Below are positions 58,901-64,000 of a stretch of DNA of 64,000 bases, in pieces. The notes beneath the pieces were generated by a model. The model made no database searches and was not told the DNA's origin. It worked only from the letters and a program-made list of their open reading frames with translations. Every line of letters starts with the position of its first letter. The first letter of the stretch is position 1. The position numbers and the translations under genes were made by a program. Source of the stretch: Bispira polyomma. Its lineage: Eukaryota. Where the stretch lies: positions 7,936,001 to 8,000,000 of the forward strand of contig OZ287757.1 in NCBI GenBank assembly GCA_965649765.1. Direction: 5' to 3'.

Positions 58901-59640
58901 GAGGTCGTGCGATGTCACAATATCTGCAAGGAGTGGACCCTTGTTCCTCATGGATCTAGCATTTAACACCCCGAGCCTGACAGGACCAGGGTTAAGGGAC
59001 ACATCTCCGGCGAGTAAAAGTAACAAGACAAGACCTCTTCCATTAATGGTGGTAGGAAATTTACGACAAGAACAAGTGTATGAAAATTTTTTGCAACTTT
59101 AGCCAATGAGGTTGCTGATGTATGAGCAATGCTGTGATGCAACAACTCATACCTATGAGCCATAGCCACAGCAAACAGTGCTTAAAAAAGGACAGCCCGA
59201 AGCAGAAACATGCCTAGTGAGGTTGTAGAGAAAGAAGAAGCCCTTAAACTGAACTCAACAGTGGGGAGCCTCAGAAAGCTTGTCCCTACAACTCACCGCA
59301 CAATTCTTCGTCCTGTGGGCGACTCACGGGCACCCTAGCACCCCACACTATAGCCTGACCTTAAGCTAAGTACAACCACACCAACATGTAGCAACAAAAG
59401 ATGAGACAATACTTATATTGGTCATTTTACAATATAGAACAACAAAATCATAAATAGTAATAAAAAAATGTACAGATATAGGCAAAAATTTACAATATAG
59501 AACAGCAAAATGAGACAAAAATCAATGTAAAAGGGGTATAAATATCAAAAATAGTAATAAATAAATGTACAGATATCGGCAAAAACGACGACCTTATTAC
59601 AAAATATTATGGTACAGTAGAGGACGGCCCACTCCCGCCA
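55978..59640 (-). mobile_element. L2/CR1-group LINE, near full ORF2, minus strand
   Basis: (AATTAC)n tail ~55978-55994; 3'-UTR hairpin tcccctt..aagggga; APE+RT ORF; 5' end uncertain. Confidence 0.9.
56134..59026 (-). pseudogene. LINE ORF2: 2A-like peptide, APE endonuclease, RT; one frameshift near 56875 and YADD changed to YADN
   Basis: LLLLAGDVSLNPGP; LNARS, VTETH, VYRPP, DFN, SDH; NYRPVSGL, DFSAAFDTIDH, GVPLGSVLGP, YADN; SRLDYCNSL, LHWLPV. Confidence 0.93.
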
Positions 59641-60340
59641 AACGAAGTGGGTGATAATCGGGTACTATGGTTTCTTGCTAAAATTCACAATACAAAACAG
59701 CAAAATTACTCAAATTTAATGTAAAAATGGTAGAAAAACATAAATAGTAAGAAATAAACGTGGAAATATAGCCCAAACCGACTATTCTGTTGTTTAAAAT
59801 CCATATTTTATGTTAGTCACACATTTTATCAATTTTCTACCTGAAATATTGCATAAAAAGGAGACTAAAATCTTGTAAATGCTACAGTTTCCATGTACAC
59901 ATTCACAGACGCCGGGTGATATGATTCCCTGGTCCGTATCAGCCACAAAAACATGATGCTTGCGTCACAGTGGATAATAAAACTTATATATCTTTAAGAA
60001 ATGTTGCATCCCTGCATATTTGTATATTGTTTGTGTACAAATGGCTGCCAAGGAAAACTCAGTTTTAGTGATTTTACATGCATTTTGTAGTGTTGTGTCG
60101 TGTTTGATGTGAACTTACTTCCCACCTCTGAGATGGTGGTTTTGAATCTCGGTTGCAGCTTTATGTGGCAAAGTTGGCTATTATTTGCCGATGCCCGGAG
60201 GTTAACAGTGCTGAATCTTGATCAACTGGTATGCATTGCTTTTCCACCACCAGGAAAAAACTGCCCGTTGTGATATAAGCTATGCAATGTCTTAAAAGTG
60301 ACAATAAACACACAATCTATCAATCATATTGTATACTTAG

Positions 60341-63300
60341 ATGGATCCCACTGACGTTGCATGTAAACATATAGACAGAGGATATGGCTGGGTAATTGTC
60401 TGCTGTTCATTTATTTTACAGGTACGGACGTGAAATATTTTTACCTAACCTAGTGATAAATTTTACAAACTGTCTAGCATTGTATTGACTAAATGAAAAT
60501 TTTCCTCCAGGGCTTCAACTATCCGTCCCAATATAACCTAACTGAAGGTACTAGAATGGACATTAAATATCCGAATTAGAATTCAAATCAGCCAGGTAGC
60601 CATTTATACAGCTGGGTGGTGGGGGACAACTTTGTCCAAAGTTCATTGTCCAAAAGTAAAATCAACCTGCAGTGATGATTGAACCTGGACCCTACAATTC
60701 CTCAGATCCAAAGTCTGACACTCTAAGCACTGGACCACAGAAACCACATTATTATATTGATTAATTGCCATATTATATACAAAATGTTTTTTTACCTTTT
60801 GGCGGTTAGTCAATGTATGAAGTTAACTTACAGCTTTGTGTGTAACTTAGTATTGGATTTGGAGACATTCCGTGGCTTCAACATTCTAATTTCACGAACT
60901 TGTGGGGCCAAGGTAGCCCAGTGTTTGGAAATGTTATCGTCACAATCACAGACCTTTCACCAATGTTGGGTTGAATTCTGTTTGTTCCTTAATGTGGAAA
61001 AGTTTGTCAGGTACTTGCCATGGGCCTGTGGTTTACAGTGTTTTAGCATTGGATTGTTGTATTAAATATATCCTTCCAATCAAGGACTGATTAGTTGGTT
61101 CCCAGATCACCACTACAAATAACAATACAAACCAGGGATATGCAGTGAATTCACTGAATTGAAACCAATATTACTTAAATTATATAGCTGTATTAGGGGG
61201 AACTACAAGCTTGTAATGTTAGAATTAAGTTTTTCTTTGTGATGTTATTGTAGGGAGTTTCTGCTGGCCTATCCCTCTCTGTTGGAGTGTTTTTTGTGGA
61301 ATGGCTGGAGTATTTTGGTGAAAGTTCTAGTAAAACAGCATGGGTAGGTTCCATTAACACTGGCCTGCTATTTGCTTGTGGTAAGTTGCCCAGTAATTAT
61401 TCCAATTTAAAGTACAGTATCTGCCGGATTTATTTGTTTCAAACTGGTGATTTAACCAGCACCAGTAACTGACATTATACAAACTTGAAGTTAATGTTTT
61501 TACTTCTATAGCACCACAATCTATGACCTAACATCCTCTGTGGCACACATACCAGTCAATGTGCAAAATAATAGTCCGATAAGGTTAGTTATCAGCATAT
61601 TGAGGCAGAAAAGTGTGTTGATACAAATGTCAGTTTTATCAGGAGCCTGTAATCGGTTATTGCCACTACATCCCATGGGGCACTTTTTCCATGATGGTGG
61701 ATACCATTAAAGTAGCACTTATTTTTGATTATATGAAGTAAATTCTAAGGGGCTAGATTAACTGATTATTTAGAATCTCAAAATGCTAATTGATGAATGG
61801 GAAAATGTCAATTTTAAAATGTCAACCAATACCCATAAGTCAATTGTGGTGGGAATGTGTCATTAAAATATATGTTTTTAATCTGCAACAGAAAAAATGC
61901 AAGGTATGACCTGTATCAATGCAATAAGGGACACTATAATACAATTGTAGTAACATCAAACGTAAAAGTATTATCAACATCCACATTTGACCTGTGTACC
62001 CTGTACTTACGGAAAGGAATTTATTGTTTGGATTTCCTAGCCTGGCATTAGCACTGCACTGATCAACATCGAAATGTGATTGTTTTAAAGGATGGTATGC
62101 CCCAATGACCATTATGACTTGATTAGAAGTTGAAACCTGTAAACTCGGACCAATATTCCTAACAATTTGGAGAGAACTAGTAGCCTTGTGGGAAGAAGTG
62201 TCTGCTTCAAAATCACTGGTCTTTCACCAAAGTTGGTGTGAATCCCTTTTGTTTCTTCATGTACAAAATTATGTCAGGAACTTCTTGTGGGTAAGTGGTT
62301 TACAGTGGCTTAAACATTTGTTTATTCCACCAATGAAACTGGCCATTGTGATATGACCTTAGCTCTAAGTGACAGAAAACCCAATGCATTCCTAATCATT
62401 TGTCAATGAAGTACAATCTTTAGAACTACTAAAGGGATAAAAAATTGTGGATATACATACCTTACTTTCTTTATATGGAAATGTATTCATGGAATTCTTG
62501 TCGTTTTGTAGTTTTTACATTTTTGAATTTTTGTAAAGATTGCCATTTAAATTGAAAATGTCTGTTATCTGGGAAACGGCATAAGATATAGCGATTTCGA
62601 CCTCATTTTCTATAGGGTGTGTGACTTATTTTCGATTTTGGCGGCCATCTTAAATTGCTGCTTTTTTTCGAATTGGAAATGTCTATATCCTAATTGATGC
62701 AAGATATTAACCTTATTTTCGGCCTAAAGGACATCTTATTTCTAGTCTATGACAACATTTTCGAAATTTTCAAATTTTTACGGCCATCTTGTATTTTTGA
62801 GAATTTTCCGGAAATGTCCGTTATTCTGAAAATGGCTAGAGATAGAGTGATTTTTATCTCATTGATGGCCAACAGGGAATCTTGTTCAGAGTCTATGACA
62901 ATTTTTTTTAAATTTTCCGATTTTGGCAACTATCTTGAATTGACTCATCTTTTCCAGATATGTCTATCATCTTTTCGAATGTATTGTTAGCCCTTTGAAA
63001 ATCAGGGTCAGACGATCTCATGCACTGGTCACATTTGATCTACAACTTTGAGTTTAAGGTCAAACTGGGGTGATAAAGGTCAATTTAACTTTTTAAGTAT
63101 ATTATGTCATTTCAACAAATGTTACAGTGAAACTTCTCTTATCCAAATATTTGATTTTACAAATTCAATTTCACTCCTAAACGTAATGTCTATTATGCAA
63201 ACAATAATCATTCTCCCAAGATGTCCATGAAGTTCTTGGAATGCCATCAATCTTCCCACAATATTTTTGTAGTGCTCCATAATCTGATGGACCAGACCAG

Positions 63301-63854
63301 GCCACACAATATAATGCACTGGTTAAATTTGATCTCTGAGCTTGGATTGAAGGTCAAGTTGGGGTCATGAAGGTCAATTTCTAGTATTGTGTGTCATATT
63401 TCAAAGAGTATTACTTGTAATACTATTAAACTGACTTACTTTATGACAAAATAATCTTGGTGGTTTGATTCAAGGTCAAACTACATTTATGACAGTCATC
63501 GATGAGAAGTAAGCTGACTATAAACCTGAACATTTAAATCTTTTTTAGTATAACACTCCTATGGTTTTTAATAAAAATTCTAGGGGGTCCAAATTGTGTG
63601 ATACAATACACTCACAGGTGGACCTGGGATTTTGTCAAGGGGGTCTACTACCAGAATATATAGTCAGCATCAAGTGATGGTAAAACTGCCTTATTTTAAC
63701 GCTTTTCTAGGTCCTATCATCAGCATGTGTATTCACCGACTAGGCCATCGCTATGTTGCTCTATTTGGTAGTGTGTTAGCTAGCATATGATTACTGCTGT
63801 CTGCGTACTGTCAAGAACTATGGCAGCTCTGTTTGACATATGGTCTAATTACAG
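60341..63854 (+). CDS. SLC16 / monocarboxylate transporter (MFS) gene, first 3 coding exons (60341-60421, 61254-61380, 63711-63854); in-frame TGA in exon 3; continues beyond window
   Basis: MDPTDVACKHIDRGYGWVIVCCSFILQ | GVSAGLSLSVGVFFVEWLEYFGESSSKTAWVGSINTGLLFAC | GPIISMCIHRLGHRYVALFGSVLASI*LLLSAYCQELWQLCLTYGLITG; MCT DxGxGWV motif; GT-AG introns in phase. Confidence 0.88.
62500..63070. repeat. Degenerate dispersed repeat with internal cggccatctt / ttttcgaa units (Helitron-like)
   Basis: Recurrent gcggccatctt, gaaatgtc.gttat motifs. Confidence 0.4.
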
Positions 63855-64000
63855 GTAACAAGTATCGCATATTGTTAATGATAAACATGTTAAATGCTCG
63901 GATTTTGAAGAGCCAAAAATTTGACTAACTAACCTATGTTGCTGTGCTGCACCAGTAAACTGCTTGTGGCCATAAATTACTCAATTGTCAAAAGCCATCA

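Noticed and set aside
63788-63790. TGA as selenocysteine
   Set aside because: Aligns to Gly in a TM helix, not Cys; SLC16 proteins are not known selenoproteins; no SECIS can be assessed in the window.

Overview
AT-rich, intron- and repeat-rich animal genomic DNA; the SINE and Helitron-type repeat styles suggest a mollusc-like lophotrochozoan (inference only). Two host genes lie on +: ALG9 alpha-1,2-mannosyltransferase (14 coding exons, 3145-25405, first exon not found) and the first three coding exons of an SLC16/MCT transporter (60341-63854, with an in-frame TGA in exon 3). Three large retroelements dominate. (1) A 6.4-kb 5'-truncated L1/Tx1 LINE with a 20-bp TSD sits in an ALG9 intron, and its ORF1 is followed by the C-terminal half of a NADAR (YbiA-like) hydrolase domain. 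(2) A decayed ~14.8-kb Ty3/Gypsy endogenous-retrovirus-like element (~32456-47305) has a tRNA-Ala PBS, a C2H2 zinc-finger ORF before gag, a -1 frameshift signal, a chromodomain integrase, an F-type env and ~4 kb of accessory ORFs including a RING-like protein. (3) A minus-strand L2/CR1-group LINE has a 2A-like peptide ahead of its endonuclease. Many MITEs, SINEs, tandem repeats and an A-B'-A'-B inverted duplication are also present. The best novelty candidates are the NADAR-carrying LINE and the cargo-rich env+chromodomain Gypsy. All domain calls are by-eye motif recognition, not database searches.
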